Program-made: the position numbers and the translations under genes | Notes under the pieces: model-generated | Databases searched by the model: none | What the model was told of the DNA's origin: nothing | What the model saw: only the letters and a program-made list of their open reading frames with translations | DNA from: the human T2T-CHM13v2.0 reference genome, Homo sapiens | DNA: 64,000 bases | NCBI RefSeq assembly: GCF_009914755.1 | Contig: NC_060937.1 | Reading direction: 5' to 3' (one strand) | Shown here: in pieces, positions 29,271 to 43,500 of the stretch | Layout of the letters: every line of letters starts with the position of its first letter | Position numbering within the stretch: the stretch's first letter is position 1

Positions 29271-30289
29271 TCTTCTTCTCTGCAGAATGAGGATTCTTTT
29301 TTAAGGTAAAAATATTTCAAGCTATCTTATAATTGTACTTTTAGAATACATTGCTTGAGAACATATGACCAAAAAAAACCTACCACAAATTTAGTAACCC
29401 TTAAATGTTTTCTATTTATTAAAACGTAAAACTAACTGAATATGTTTTTAGGAGATGGCACAGGTATTTGCATAAGATTACTTGTTTAGCACAGAGACAT
29501 TGCTTGGTAAGCGCATGGATTTGAAATGTTTTTTGTATTGGCTCCAAGAATCTTCTGACCAGAGAATGAGAGCACCCGGTCTAGGGTAGAGCTTTTCAAA
29601 GTTATTATTGTAATTAGTTGGTTTGTTTAGTTGTAATTGGCTGTGTACCTTTTTGTTCAAAGAACTCATGCTCTGACGATCGACAAATCACAGCTCTGAT
29701 AAGGTTGGAACTGGAGTCTACATGAATGGGTGTCCAGAAAAGACCTTATTTAAAAACTTATTATCATCCAACCAAAATTATACTAAAGAGAAAATATCAT
29801 TAAAAATCATCAGTTTTCCTGCACGATGATGAGTAGCTTGGCAATTAATGTTAGCTTCAGCATACTCATTTGAAGATCCATGACTTTAAAATATGCACTG
29901 TCTTTATTTTTATGTCTCCAAAATTGCAAATTTCCTCTAAGAAGTTTCCCAAAGTCCTAGAAGATTCTTTAGATTATAGCTTAGTCAAATATGCAGACTT
30001 TGAGGGGAAAATGATTGTCTGTAATTGCTTTATCAAATCAGATGGAGTTCAGATTTTTCAAACTCCTACCAAAAGGAAGATAACTTTGAGGTGAATTTGT
30101 TCTTTAAGTGTTTGAATTCCACCTGTTACTACTGCATCACAAAGCATACACTGTAATTTTACTCTACGATAGAATTTCCATCTTCTTAATGTTTCTGGAA
30201 TTCAAAAAGATAATTTTGATTAATAATTTATTTAAATAACCTTCATTTCACAATATTCATAAAATGAATATAAAAATATCTCTCTTTTC

Positions 30290-30810
30290 TTCATTTTTAT
30301 TTTTAGTTCTGGGGTACATGTGCAGGATGTGCAGGTTTGTTACATAGGTAGAGAGGTGTGCCATGGTGGTTTGCTGCACCTACCAACCCATCACCTACAT
30401 ATTAAGCCCAGCATGCATTAGCTATTTTTCTTAATACTCTCCTTCCCACAACCCCACTGCCCTGACAGGCCCCATTGTGTGTTGTTCTCCTCCCTGTGTC
30501 TATGTGTTCTCCTTGCTCAGCTCCTGCTTATATGTGAGAAGATGCAGTGTTTGGTTTTCTGTTAGTTTGCTGAGGATAATGGCTTCCAGCGTCATCCATG
30601 TCCCTTCAAAGGATGTGATCTCATTCCTTTTTATGGCTGCATAGTACTCCATGGTGTATATGTACCACATTTTCTTTATCCAGTCTATCATCGATGGGCA
30701 TTTGGGTTGATTCCATGTCTTTGCTATTGTGAATAATGCTGCAATGAACATACGCGTGCATGTGTCTTTGTAATAGAATGATTTGAATTCCTTTGGGTAT
30801 ATATCCCAGT
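30290..30810 (-). mobile_element. L1PA (PA8-10 type) 3' end including the ORF2 C-terminus
   Basis: The ORF at 30500-30751(-), MFIAALFTIAKTWNQPKCPSMIDWIKKMWYIYTMEYYAAIK, matches the L1 ORF2p C-terminus. The 3' UTR follows. Confidence 0.95.
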
Positions 30811-31339
30811 GAATTCTGTCTCATTATAGTGATAAATAATATTCACCTGTAGACTGATAAACTGGGAAAAAAGCCATCTTTATCCATTTCAATAGGAGAT
30901 GTGTTTTCAACAAAATTTATGCTTCATATTAAAAAAAGAATATCTCTCAGTGTGTCTTAAACATATACATATACATACCCCCATATCACAGTTAAAATCA
31001 CCTACGTGAAAGAACGAGATTACCCTCCCTTCACAAGCCAGCATTTCTGAATCAGCACTCGGTATCATTGTGGGATATCTCCCATCTCATGGATTATCTG
31101 TTCTGTGATTTGACATAGATCCTGGGACCTGGGAATTTGCTACTGACTCAAACTCCTTGAGGGCAAAGACAGCTTCCTGCTAATCCTGTTATGTCTGGCA
31201 GCATATAGCACAGTCCAAGTTTGCAGAATTTAATTCAATTAAATGTAGATCCCTACGTACGTATGAAAGAGGGTGGGTGACTTCTTGTTGTCCTCTCCAC
31301 CCTTCTAAGCCTATCCCGCTCATCTCCCCTCCACCCACC

Positions 31340-31760
31340 CAACTCTACTCTCAGTCACCATGAACTCAGATTAGTTCCCAGCATGCTTCTCCCTGAACTT
31401 GCCTTTAGCATTTTACAAATGCTGTTCCCTTTGATTGGAATGTCCTTCCTCACCTTTCACCTAGCTAGGTCATACTCATTTTTCAGGTCTATGCTTTTTT
31501 GCCTTTTCTTTGGGGATGCTTCATAACTCCCTACATTTGGATTAAATATCCTTCAAAATGTGCTCCCATAGCAATGGTGGCATAGCTTTCATCAAACACT
31601 GTTGCAACTGAATTATCCCCACTAAATTGTAAATTTGAGGTGGCAGGCAGTGTGTTGTTTTATTCACCTGTATATCCTCAGGATCTTGGTACACTGAGTG
31701 AGACTTAGTAAATGCTTAATAAATACTTGAATAGGTAAAGAAATGAATAAATACATGCAA
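31340..31760 (+). mobile_element. L2 3' region
   Basis: TGCTGTTCCCTTTGATTGGAATGTCCTTCC...GCTTAATAAATACTTGAAT...ATGAATAAAT. Confidence 0.75.
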
Positions 31761-33673
31761 TAGCCAGGAACCCTATCTCAGGAATCCTTTCTCCCAGCAA
31801 CTCCTCAGCAATTATGACTTCATTGACACAGAGGCACTGTTTCAGGTAAAGCCCTGTTACTATGTTTATAAGACAAACAGCTGAAGTTGCTCATGAAGCT
31901 GGAAGTGCCACAGAATCAAATTTTGCATCTGTGTTCACATTACACTAGCCTGTGTAGACAAGGATGGCACTTAAGCTTCTTGCCTTCAGCTGAAGTAAGC
32001 CAACCTGGCTTTTCTCCTTTAGTTTTTACTTTGTCAACTGCTATCACTTTGGATAAGGGAATGTGATCTCTTTATTTTCATTCATCCAGCAAGTATTGAT
32101 TAAGGGTCTACTGTAAAAAAAAAAAAATCTGTGGACTTGCCACTTAGCCACTCAGCCACTCAAGAACCAGGATTCTGCTGAAGCATGCCAACATCTCAGC
32201 AATTATGAACCAACAAATGCCAGGCAGAGAATGGGTAAAGGGAAAACCCTTACAAACCATTCTGAGAGTGCTCTTCAAGTTATAAATATGTATTGGCAAA
32301 ACCCTTTGATCGAATCTCAACATGTGCCTTTCCTCATAGTAAGAAATCATCTTCGCCCTCTCTTAAAAAACAGATGAAGGCACACTTAGAGCCATCTGGA
32401 AGAAGATGCTGGTTGATTAGGGTTCAATCTCTCTCCTTAGAGAATAGCTTACACAAAATTACACTGAATAGAGTTTCAGAATCAAGCTGCTTTTCCCTTT
32501 TCCTTTTACAACATGTACTTTACCAAATGCATAGTGATCTCTCTTAAGACATTTTTCTCTTTTATTTCCTAGTCCCTTTCTGACAGAAATTCTTTTCTTT
32601 GCAGAGAAATAAGGCTTTTCTTTCATTGCCTCTATTCCCTTGATGACATGAAATATTCAATCACAACCAATTTACAGATAATGTGCTAGTTTCTTGTGTG
32701 TGTTTGTCAGTTTCATCACCTGTGCCAGATTGTCAAATGCATGCCCTAGATAACGTCGCTACCTTAGTCAACAAGTCTGATCGTGCTTCTAAATGGAAAT
32801 GTTCTGGAAATTTTCCTCTCGGCTCCTTTTTTTTTATTCCCCTGCCTGTAACCTACTGGATGACTCTGAAGTGGATTTTCTTTGCCTGGCCAGTGCCTCC
32901 TGCTCTGTAGTCACTTTAGTTAGAGAGTTAACTCTGTTGTTGGCTATTCATTCAATACGTTTGTGAACAAGTTGTCAAATTAACTTCCCAAGTCACTATA
33001 GGTCATCAGCCAGGAAATGCAGAAGGGATGAAACAAATCTTCCATCTGCAGGGCAGAAAAGAATGTGGAGGGTTTCAACTCAGTGGCTTGCTTCTGATCT
33101 TCACAGTGGCAGGCCAATGAGCCAAAGCTCTTAAGATGGCCCCTGCTTTCCCCTATAAAGCCAAGAAAAAGTCCAAATCATATGAAATGCTGCAAAGAGT
33201 CTAGCCATCCAGTTTTGCAGTGCTGTTTGGGTAAAACAGCTTAATAAAATTTTACTTGGTTGGAATAATTTTGGTTTTGGTGAGAGGAGAGATTGGCAAA
33301 GAGAAAGAATTTAATCCTGGTTTTGTTGATCTCATCAATATTAGTGACCTAAATTACCTTGCTAATAATAAAGTGAAAGATAAGAGGCAAGGTAGCTGCA
33401 GATGAAAGATTTCTAATCTCCAGATCTCTACCCATACATGTACACAGCCAGACTCTCATTTTTTCTCTTAGTCAACAGCAGGAGCTATGTGGGTGTGCTT
33501 GTTGCCTCTCCCCTGATAGATTGACAACCACAACAAAACAGTTGGTATGTCCCTAGATTGTGGCATGAAGGTGGCTTGTAATTTCTATGATCAACTAATG
33601 ATCAGTCAATGAGAAACAGATGCAGCTGTGACCAGAGTTAGAGGCAAAAGTTCTGGGTTCTGGGATCTCCATG

Positions 33674-33851
33674 AAGGGCTGACTTCATAAGCATGCAACC
33701 ATGGGCAGTTGCACAGGGCATGCGATTAAAAGGCCCCTGTGCTTGGTTTGATCCTCTGCTATTGCCCTCTTGATATTTTTAATAATTTTTGAACAAGGGG
33801 CCTCACATTTTCATTTTGTGCTGGGTCTAGAAAATAATGTATTCAGTCCTG
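33674..33851 (+). mobile_element. MER45A (hAT-Tip100)
   Basis: AGGGCTGACTTCAT...TTTTTGAACAAGGGGCC...CAGTCCTG, 178 bp. 8-bp TSD TCTCCATG / TCTCCAAG. Confidence 0.88.
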
Positions 33852-33992
33852 TCTCCAAGATGTATTGTTGAGCAGTAAAAAACAGTGCAGAAAAATGTGC
33901 ATAGGATGTGTAAAAAAATAGAGTTCTATGCTTAAGTTACCACCCCCCCCCGCACACACACACTCCACACACACACCTATGGATGCATGGAA

Positions 33993-34485
33993 AGGCAATT
34001 TTGTGTAGTAGTTAAGAATAGACTCTGGGCTGGGCACCATGGCTCATGCCATCCCAACACTTTGGGAGGTCGAGGTGGGAGGATCGCTTGAGCCCAGAAG
34101 TTCAGGACTAGCTTGGGCAATATAGCAAGACCCCATCTATTAAAAAATTAAAAATTAGCTGGGCATGGTGGTGTGTGCCTGTAGTCCTAGGTGCTCGGGG
34201 ATTGCTTGAACTCAGGAGCTTCAGGCTGCAGTGAGCTGTGATTGAGCAACTTGTACTCCAGTCTGGGCAACAGAGTAAGACCCTATGTCTAAAAAAAAAA
34301 TGATAGAGTCTGCAGCTGGATTGCCTGGGTTTGAAACTTACCTTAGGAAAATTACTATACCTTTTGATGCCTCGGTGTCCTCATCTGAAAAATGGGATGA
34401 AAATAATACCTATAAAAAACTTAAACAATAAAAAAAAAGTACCTCTTTCATAGGGTTGCTGTGAATTACCTACCATGTTATTATT
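33993..34485 (+). mobile_element. MIR split by an AluJ
   Basis: GTGTAGTAGTTAAGAATAGACTCTG | TTGCCTGGGTTTGAA...GCCTCGGTGTCCTCATCTGAAAAATGGGAT. Confidence 0.75.
34028..34299 (+). mobile_element. AluJ with a small right-arm deletion
   Basis: Dimer with J diagnostics. TSD ATAGACTCTG / ATAGAGTCTG. Confidence 0.92.
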
Positions 34486-34900
34486 AATTTTGGTTTTGTT
34501 AGTGTTATTTAATTAGATTATCTCTGGAAGGCTATATGACAAACTAGTAAAAGTGGTTCTCTGGAGAAAGGGACTAGGCTAGAGAACAGGAGTATAATAA
34601 ACAAAAGTTGATTTTTATAAGATGCAAATTCACACGATTTTAAGGACCCCCTTTTAAAAAATACAAATTATATATAAAAATAAGGCAAACATTTATTTAG
34701 AAAGAAAACATTTTAGTGCTGACAAATACTACCAAATAGCCCAGAAAAAATGAAATATTATTATTTATTAATGCACTAACTAACCTCTAAAACTCCTTTC
34801 CCTCACATTTTTGTGGCATAATCTTTGATTGCCCATCATGTGACATTAATTTTATAATATCCTTTTCTATTGTGAGAATAGAAAGTTAATGCAGTTTTTT

Positions 34901-35258
<358 letters not shown>

Positions 35259-35264
35259 TCAGTA

Positions 35265-36360
35265 TTCAGTATTATTGAGGTATAATCAACATATTATAAA
35301 ATTATCAAAGGGCATAGTTTGGTGATTGTCAGTAAGTTTACGTAGTTGTGCAACAAGCTTCAAAGCATTTCTATCAACCCAGAAAATTTGCTCACGACCA
35401 TTGGCACCTGTTTTGTTAAATTTATTCTTAAGTGTCTTACTATTTTTTATGTTATTTGGAATGAAATCATTTTCTTAAGTTATTTTCTATTGTTTGCTAA
35501 TATTTAGACATACGACTGATTTTTTGTTTATCAATCTTGTATTCTGTAACCTCGCTGAACTTGCTTATTAGTTCTATTAGCTTTTTGCTCTGTTTTTGTG
35601 TATTTCTTATGATTTTCTACATTTGGGATCATGTTGCCTGCTAATAAAGACAGCTTTACTTTCTCCTTTCCAATTTGCATGCCTTTAATTTTTTATTTCT
35701 GCCTTGTTACCTCGACTAGAGGCTCCTATACAGTGTTACGTAGAAGTTGTGCGAGTGGACATCCTTACTTGTTCTTTATCTTAAGAGGAAAGCAGTCAGT
35801 ATTTCAGCATTGGATATCATGTTAGCGCTGGTATTTGTTTGTTTGTTTGTTTATAAAATATTCAGAACAGGTGGAGGAAGTTCCCTTCTATTCCTTGTTT
35901 GTTCAGCGTTTGTATTGTGAATGGGTATTTGTCTTGTCAAATGCTTTGGCTGAATCTACTGAGACGATCATGTAGATTTTTCCTTTGTTCTACTAACATG
36001 ATGTATTACATGGATTCATTTTCAGGTGGTATACCAACTTTGTCTTCTTTGGTAAAGCTGGATTTCCGCTAGCTGAATTTTAAGCTGGTAGAATTACTGC
36101 CATGGTTTATGGCATTTTTATATGTATTACTTTTTTATATGTTGCTGGATTTGGTTTGCTAATATTTTGTTAAAGATTTTTCTATCTATATTCACGAGGA
36201 ACACCATTCTGTAGTTTTTGTTTCATGATGTCTTTGGATAACACTAACCTCATAGAATGAGTTGGGAAGTGTTCCCACGTCCTCTATTTTCTGAGTAAAT
36301 TTGAATAGGAACGTTATTATTTCTTCCCTAAATATTTGAGAAAATTCACCATTCTGGGTG
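35265..36360 (-). mobile_element. L1M fragments: 3' end (35265-35400) and ORF2 region (35405-36360)
   Basis: TTATTGAGGTATAATCAAC, TTTACTTTCTCCTTTCCAATTTG, GAGGAAGTTCCCTTCTATTCC and CCTCATAGAATGAGTTGGGAAG. Confidence 0.85.
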
Positions 36361-37097
36361 ATTTTGTTGTAGGGGTTCTTAGGTTAAGCACAGAGGATTA
36401 AGCACAGAGGGGCTGGCTCTTGGGGGCTGGAAGCTACAAGCCTACCTGGTATTTTTTTTTTCTGTGTGTTTGTACCCCACCTCAAAAAGAGAGAGAATGA
36501 AAGAAAAATTTGTTTACTGTGCCTCCACCCCACACTTGCTGATGTCTCTAGGACTTTGACATATATTATTTGTATTTTACTGTGAGCGAATTTTAGATGT
36601 TGTCTTATAGGGGCAGGTTTTGATAGGAAGAAAGTATGAGCACACTAGGCCACTGCAACTGAGATGTTACCAGGAAAGAAGGGGCATAGGACTGCGAGGA
36701 CAAATTACAATTTCTTCATTTTACTCATAAACAGTCACGTCAGGCAGAGTCAGAAAGCAACCTGCTACCTTTTGTGAAACTATGGGCAACTCGTGGCAGT
36801 AGTTTAGCCAGCTTAAAATCCAGCTAGTGGATCAGCAAGATCTGAAGTTTGGGACCAATTATTAAGACTGAACCTAAAAAACAGGTTGAAAGCCACCATT
36901 GGATAAGGACTCTTTTCAGATTTCACCAGGTCAGGAATATTAATATTTTCTGTCAAATCTGTCCACAGATATTACTATGAACAGAAATCGCTGAGGTCTA
37001 CTGACCTTTGAGATGTAAATAAAATGCAACTTGACCATAATCCAGGTGAATTTAGTACGTGTGGAGCCTCCGAACTTTCCTGTCTTTCTTTCTAGAG

Positions 37098-37317
37098 CAA
37101 GGGTAAACAAAGATTTTCTGTAAATGGCCAGATAGCAAATATTTTCAGCTTTTCAGGCCATACAGTCTCTGTCACAACCACTCCATTCTGCCATTGCAAT
37201 GCAAAGCAGCTAGAGGAAACATACCGAGATGAGTGTGTTTGTATTCTAGTAACACTTTCTTTCTAGAAGTAGATGGTGGGCCAGATTTGGCCCCTGGGTA
37301 TAGTTTTCAGATACCTG
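37098..37317. mobile_element. MER58A (hAT-Charlie)
   Basis: TTTTCTGTAAATGGCCAGATAGCAAATATTTT...GGGCCAGATTTGGCCC...ACCTG. Confidence 0.85.
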
Positions 37318-37351
37318 TTTCAGAAGATGAAGATGGTTCACTACTACCTGC

Positions 37352-38036
<685 letters not shown>

Positions 38037-39014
38037 CCTGCATGTCTCTGGTTCTTAGCCCTTTCTTCTGCTGAATTATTTCAGTTTATTGGACATTTTA
38101 TCATCCCATGAATCTCTCTCTGTTCCATGGGTTTTAAGGCTAAAAATGGAGCCCAGGCAGCCTGCTTGGAAGCTTATTTACACTGAGATCCACTCAGGCA
38201 CCTATGCCTAACCATGAGATGTATCCCTTTTTGGTAACTTGCTTGGCATACTCCAAACTGTTATATAATTCTCAGCTGACTCACCCTTTGCAGTGTGGAA
38301 AACAGGTTGTACCACCTTGTGCTAAAGGAAGCAGGAATGAAACTGATGTCTTCTCAGCAAATTCTTGGAGTAGGGGGGTAGACAGATTGGGTTCCATATA
38401 TTACTCTATAAACTAACAGTTGTCAAGCTAGTACTTCAGATTAGGCTGGTCTGCTATCAAGTTGTCTTCTTTAACTGAAAAAGTATGGGTTACTCTAACA
38501 CTTGGAATGCAAAAAATGTCACATTTCCCCATTTTGCTAAATTATATTAAATATAGATTGAGCTTTTTATTTTTCAAGATTGATGAGAACTTCAAACTTA
38601 GTGATTTTCAGAACCCTCATTATCTACCTTGGGCTAAGGACCTCAAGATTTGGGGGTACAGGATGATGGAGGACAACAGCATCATTCCTCAATCTCTGTT
38701 TACTTGTGGCTGCCACAGCCCATGTTTCAATGGCTTGTTCACAGATGGACTGCTCTCTGGCAGTTCCAATTTTTCCAGCCACACGTGACTTGGAGACCCT
38801 CATCAGAGCTTCCTAGGTCACAGGACACAGTTCTTAGTCCTCTCAGCAATAAGGGGCTGCATTTTAATGGCGCTGACCTATGTCACTTGTGCACCCTAAG
38901 CCCCTTTTTCTCCTCAGTTGAAGAGTCAAACCAATTTACCAGTAACCTAGTTGTTCCCTTCCCAAATATTAAATCAGCAAGCCTCCAAAGCCTTTCTTTT
39001 TCAGGTGATCCAGT

Positions 39015-39317
39015 TTATTTTTATTTCTTTATTTTTAATTTATTTTTAGAGATGGGGTCTTTCTCTGTCACCCAGGCTGGAGTGCAGTGGCAAGATCATA
39101 ACTCGCTGTAACCTCCAACTCCTGGGCTCAAGCAATCCTCCCACCTTAGCCTCCTGAGTAGCTAGGACTATAGGTGTTCACCACCATGCCCAGCTGATTT
39201 TTAAATATTTTGTAGAGGCAGGGTCTTACTATGTTGCCCAGAATGGCCTGAAACTCCTGGCCTCAAACCATGCTCCTGTCTCAGCCTCCCAAAGTGTTCG
39301 CACCACTGCACCTGGCC
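39015..39317 (-). mobile_element. AluJ with a deletion near its 5' end
   Basis: J diagnostics. TSD TCAGGTGATCCAGTTTA / TCAGGCAATCCAGTCTA. Confidence 0.92.
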
Positions 39318-39344
39318 TCAGGCAATCCAGTCTAATATTCTTGT

Positions 39345-39525
39345 TGGGCCCAGAATTTTAAAGGCAGAAATTGTTTGTCTCACATAGTGATTTGTTTTGT
39401 TTTAATTAAACTTCAATACCTTTAGACTGGACACGTAATCTCCAGTTGACAATCTCCACCACTCTCTATTATCTTACTCCAACTAGTTTTCTTTCTTTAT
39501 TGCCCTTACTGTCTAGTCTTGGAAG
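39345..39525. mobile_element. MER102-like (hAT-Charlie) fragment
   Basis: CTCCAGTTGACAATCTCCACCACTCTCTATTATCTTAC resembles the MER102 core. Confidence 0.5.
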
Positions 39526-39660
39526 GGAGGTGGAAGAATTACTTTAGTTTCTTCCTTAAGAGTTTATAGTAAGAAATGATACAATTTGATTTCTCTATAG
39601 AGTATTTTACTACATAAATTTTTGAACAAACCACTGTGTTATAGAGTCTATTTATTCTAG

Positions 39661-39842
39661 CCCGCTTGCTCTCAAGGTGTGGCCCATGAATAAGAAGTCT
39701 CAGTATCTCTTGGGAACTTGTTAGACATGCCAGCCCCCACCTCAAATCTACTGAAATAAAATCCTGGGTGTGGGCTCCGCAATCTGCACTTCAACGAGCC
39801 CTCTAGGAGATTCTGATGCATGTGCAAGTTGAAGAACTCCTG
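39661..39842. mobile_element. MER5A (hAT-Charlie)
   Basis: CTCAAGGTGTGGCCC...GGGAACTTGTTAGA...CTACTGAAAT...GATTCTGATGCA...AAGTTGAAGAAC. Confidence 0.8.
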
Positions 39843-40184
39843 TTCTAGAATGTCATATGCTTTGGGTACAATAATCCATAGAGAAAGATCTGTCATTTAG
39901 AACTATTGGTAACTCCTCAGGTAAGTCCTTAGTTCTCTGTTTTTTTCCTTCCATACTCTCTTGGAGTGCATATTCTCTCAAAATTTTAATTGATGCCCTC
40001 TTGTGGCTATGAGAATTCCCAGGTATATCACTATATCCCAGATCTATTATTTTCTTTCTTTCTTTTTTCTAAATCATTGTTTCATTCCAGGAAAACTCAA
40101 ATTTAATATTCTGACATTATTGGAAACTACATTCGTCATTTGTACCCCATAGCAATTTATCTTCCCTCTTTTCCTCTTTATCAT

Positions 40185-40578
40185 CAGTGGGGAAAAGTAA
40201 GCTGAATGAGTCACTTATCTCAGGTGAAAAACTTAAGGGGGCAATAAAAAATGTCAATAATCAAGACAAATAATATTTTAACGAAATTTTTTAAAGTTAA
40301 GATTAATGCAAGAAAATCCGCGATGAGCAAAACTAATTTTTTTTTTAAATAGAACTAGTAACCTTGCTATGCTAAGTCATATTGGAGCTTAAGGCAAAAG
40401 GAAAAAAATCAGTAGTATTGATCCTGTCTTTATTTAAAACTTTGATATTTTTTATCATGAATATTTTTGCATATATTTTATCTTAAAAATATTGCATTAA
40501 AATACTATCTATCCTGATTATTGTGTTATTTGGTGCTGACTTAAGTTTTATGCCCAAGACAAGTCCTCACCACATCAC
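40185..40578. mobile_element. MER96B (hAT-Tip100, palindromic MITE)
   Basis: AAACTTAAGGGGGCA..AATCAAGACAAATAATATTTTAA ... TTGGAGCTTAAGGCAAAAGG ... TATTGCATTAAAATACTATCTATCCTGATTA. Long self-complementary arms. Confidence 0.85.
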
Positions 40579-43500
40579 TGAAGGTTAGAGCATCAGTTTT
40601 TCCTGTGCCTTGCATACAAACACAGCTCTTTCAGGAAGGTGCCCCTTACTCTTCTCTGTACAAGAAATCTCTGCTGATTACAGATGGAGCCAGCAGGCAG
40701 GAAAGAAAGTTGATTGCATTCAATGATTTGAGAGACACTCAAAGATCACCTGACCCATTAAACTAATTTCCCTCTCCATTAGGTTATAATGGCAAAGTTG
40801 ATGGTTTGGTTCAAGAAGAAACAAAACACATATTGGTTTCAAAGGGAATACAAGGGAAAATCTTGGGTGTCATAGGTCTCTCTTATATTTGTTCATAAAG
40901 TGATTGAGCTCCTGGAGAATAAGTTCCCAAGGAAGAGGAATGTTGAAATATTAATAGAAGGTAGGAGTTCAGGAGAAGACAGGGACCACCGCTTGCCCAT
41001 AGCTGATGCTTATCTGCACATCGTCTGTTTAGCAACCGCACACTTAGTGTATACTAAACAATCTTAGACTTGCTCACAGGCTGCTTTGTAATTAGTCTCT
41101 GGATGAATCACGTGGGTACATTTATCTTCTCCAATTAGACAGTGATTTTAATTTCAGAAATCATGTGTCCTCTCTTTGTTTGGATCCTATTCTTTGAAGA
41201 GGATTTTATTAAGGAGCCATTCCAGAAACTTTGTCTAAGTTACATCTGACTTCATTCATTCAGTCTTTTGTTTATTCTGTTCACACACAATACACTTGAG
41301 ACCAAATAGAATGGAGTAGATATTGAATTAAGTAACTAAGCATTAAAAAGAATTAAAAGCCCAGTTGCCTTCAGTGTTTATTAATTGCTGAGAGCTACAT
41401 GGAGACAATTTCTACTCTCCAGGAGCTTCTAAAGCAGCGAGTGGATGCCTCCAATACAGATATACATGAATAGCATATATAAAATAACCCAAAACTTTAA
41501 ACCTACGTATCAAAGCAAATTGACAGTTAAATCACATTCTTAAGGCATAGCAATATTTATTTCATATATTTCCAAACCTAATGTTGCATGCCCCTACAGC
41601 CAAGCTCATGGGTCTTTGAAGATGCAAACAGTCTGAGTACAAATTCACTTTTCATGCAAAAACTCCAAAACACAGCCGGCAAATGTGCCCTTCATAAATC
41701 ATCAAATAGTTTCTTCAGTTGTAATACTATATGAATTAAAATTGTCAAGACTGTTTTCCTTTTATAGCAGTTGATTCAGTATCTTTTAAAGTCCTCAAAG
41801 CTGTCAGATTTCTACAGCTTGAACTTCAATAAATAAACTTAGGTTTTCTTTGTATTTAGAGGTTTACAAGAGACTTTCAAGCTCTGACATGTTTAGAAAG
41901 TTACCTTAGTAGGTTGAGATTTTATTACTATGATAACTTAACAAGACAGAGGTCTTAAGAGTAATTTCCTCTGTGACTTTCAGAAGAATTTACCATTTAT
42001 GACTTGAGAGCACTGTCTTACATAAAAACTTATATTTTGGGAGATTATCTTTCAACAGAACATTTATCTCTCTCTATTTTTTATATTCTAGAATGCACTT
42101 ACAAGTGTATTGGACAGAGAGAGTATCTTTTGGAACATTTTTGCACTGGTGAAAAGTTGTTCCGCTTTTGTAGGCCTTCGTGCCATGAAGTCAGTGAATA
42201 TGCCAATCCACGCTGCCTGGTTTAGCAACAGGTGAGGAGGAAACTCCACCTCCGTGAAGACTTGTTTGTATTGAGCTGATGAATGGCCATGTGAGACGCC
42301 AACAACTGAGGGAAGAAAGTAATTCCCATGTCAACAGGAGTCCCAGGGACTTACCAAAAAAGTCACCTCTATAAACGTCTTCCAGAGGATAATGCCCATT
42401 TCCTAAGTTCACCGGGACTTGGGGACTCACCACTCTGTGGTATAGAGACCTCACTGCAGTTGACCTCCAAACCTGTGGGGCACAGAAGAAGAGACAGGTG
42501 TAGGTAGAACAGGATATCTGTTTTTATGTCTCTCCTGGCTACAGAAGACTCAGCAAAAGTGTACCTGGATGTCCAACACAAGGGAGGGCTCATAATGGTA
42601 TTATGCCTCCACCTTTTGTTACTGTGAAGGCCATGACCAGATGGGAGGAAGGTACCTTCTGATGACATTACTGTCCTAGAGAACATTTGAGTAGGTAAGA
42701 GGAAGATGCCATGGTCTTCAATATTGTTTTGTACCATAGTATATATAACAAATCATGAAGCAAGTTAGAGTGGTATGAAGTTAACAGGAACTTTTTATTT
42801 TGAAAGTTTTAAAATGATCACCAAGAATTATCACAGTAGAAATGGGAGAGAAAAATTAATATATGTATATTAATTTTATAATCTACTATGTAATGTAATA
42901 ATCTGTATGTGTGTGCATGTTTGTGTGTGTTTTGCTTTGTTCTCAGCTATTTCTCTGACTGTTGTCCTTTTGGGGTTTATCTGCTCCCACAATACCTGCT
43001 GAGGATGAGTCAATCCTCTCTCAGTTGGATATAATTTGTAGCCACATTATCCTGTCTAATAGGAGCAAAAAGCAACCAGAAAGATTTCCTGAGGAATTGC
43101 TGGCACATGCAAATGGGAAACTGGTCATTTTAATTTTGGTTGTCATGACGTTTCTTCAATTACCTCATTGACCTGAATCATCACACTTCTTTACACTGTT
43201 TTCAGCCTTATTGTCTGGAAAATACAGACTTGTTTTCTTATTTGGATAGCCTAAGGAAAAACCATGAGCAAGTCTGGGTGTTATGGTTCTCCCAAGTGTT
43301 ACATACATGCAGAAAATGTCATTTGAAGTTTTAATCTAAAAGAGTATAACTGAATGCTAGTCAAACATTCACTGGGTTTATTTCTTTGCCAAAGAGTCAA
43401 TCCTGGCTGATATCTTCATTTTGTAAATTGAGAAAGATATACCTATAAATGACAAATGTGGAGGGTACCAAGCACATAAGGCTAAGAGAAATAAAATATA

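Noticed and set aside
30500-30751. ORF with a real protein match (MFIAALFTIAKTWNQPKCP...)
   Set aside because: It is the L1 ORF2p C-terminal remnant of a truncated L1PA, not a gene.
39918-39926. Perfect splice donor CAG|GTAAGT
   Set aside because: No convincing upstream acceptor. An isolated 9-mer can occur by chance in 64 kb.
40185-40578. Long imperfect hairpin with arms of roughly 170 bp
   Set aside because: Explained by the intrinsically palindromic MER96B element.
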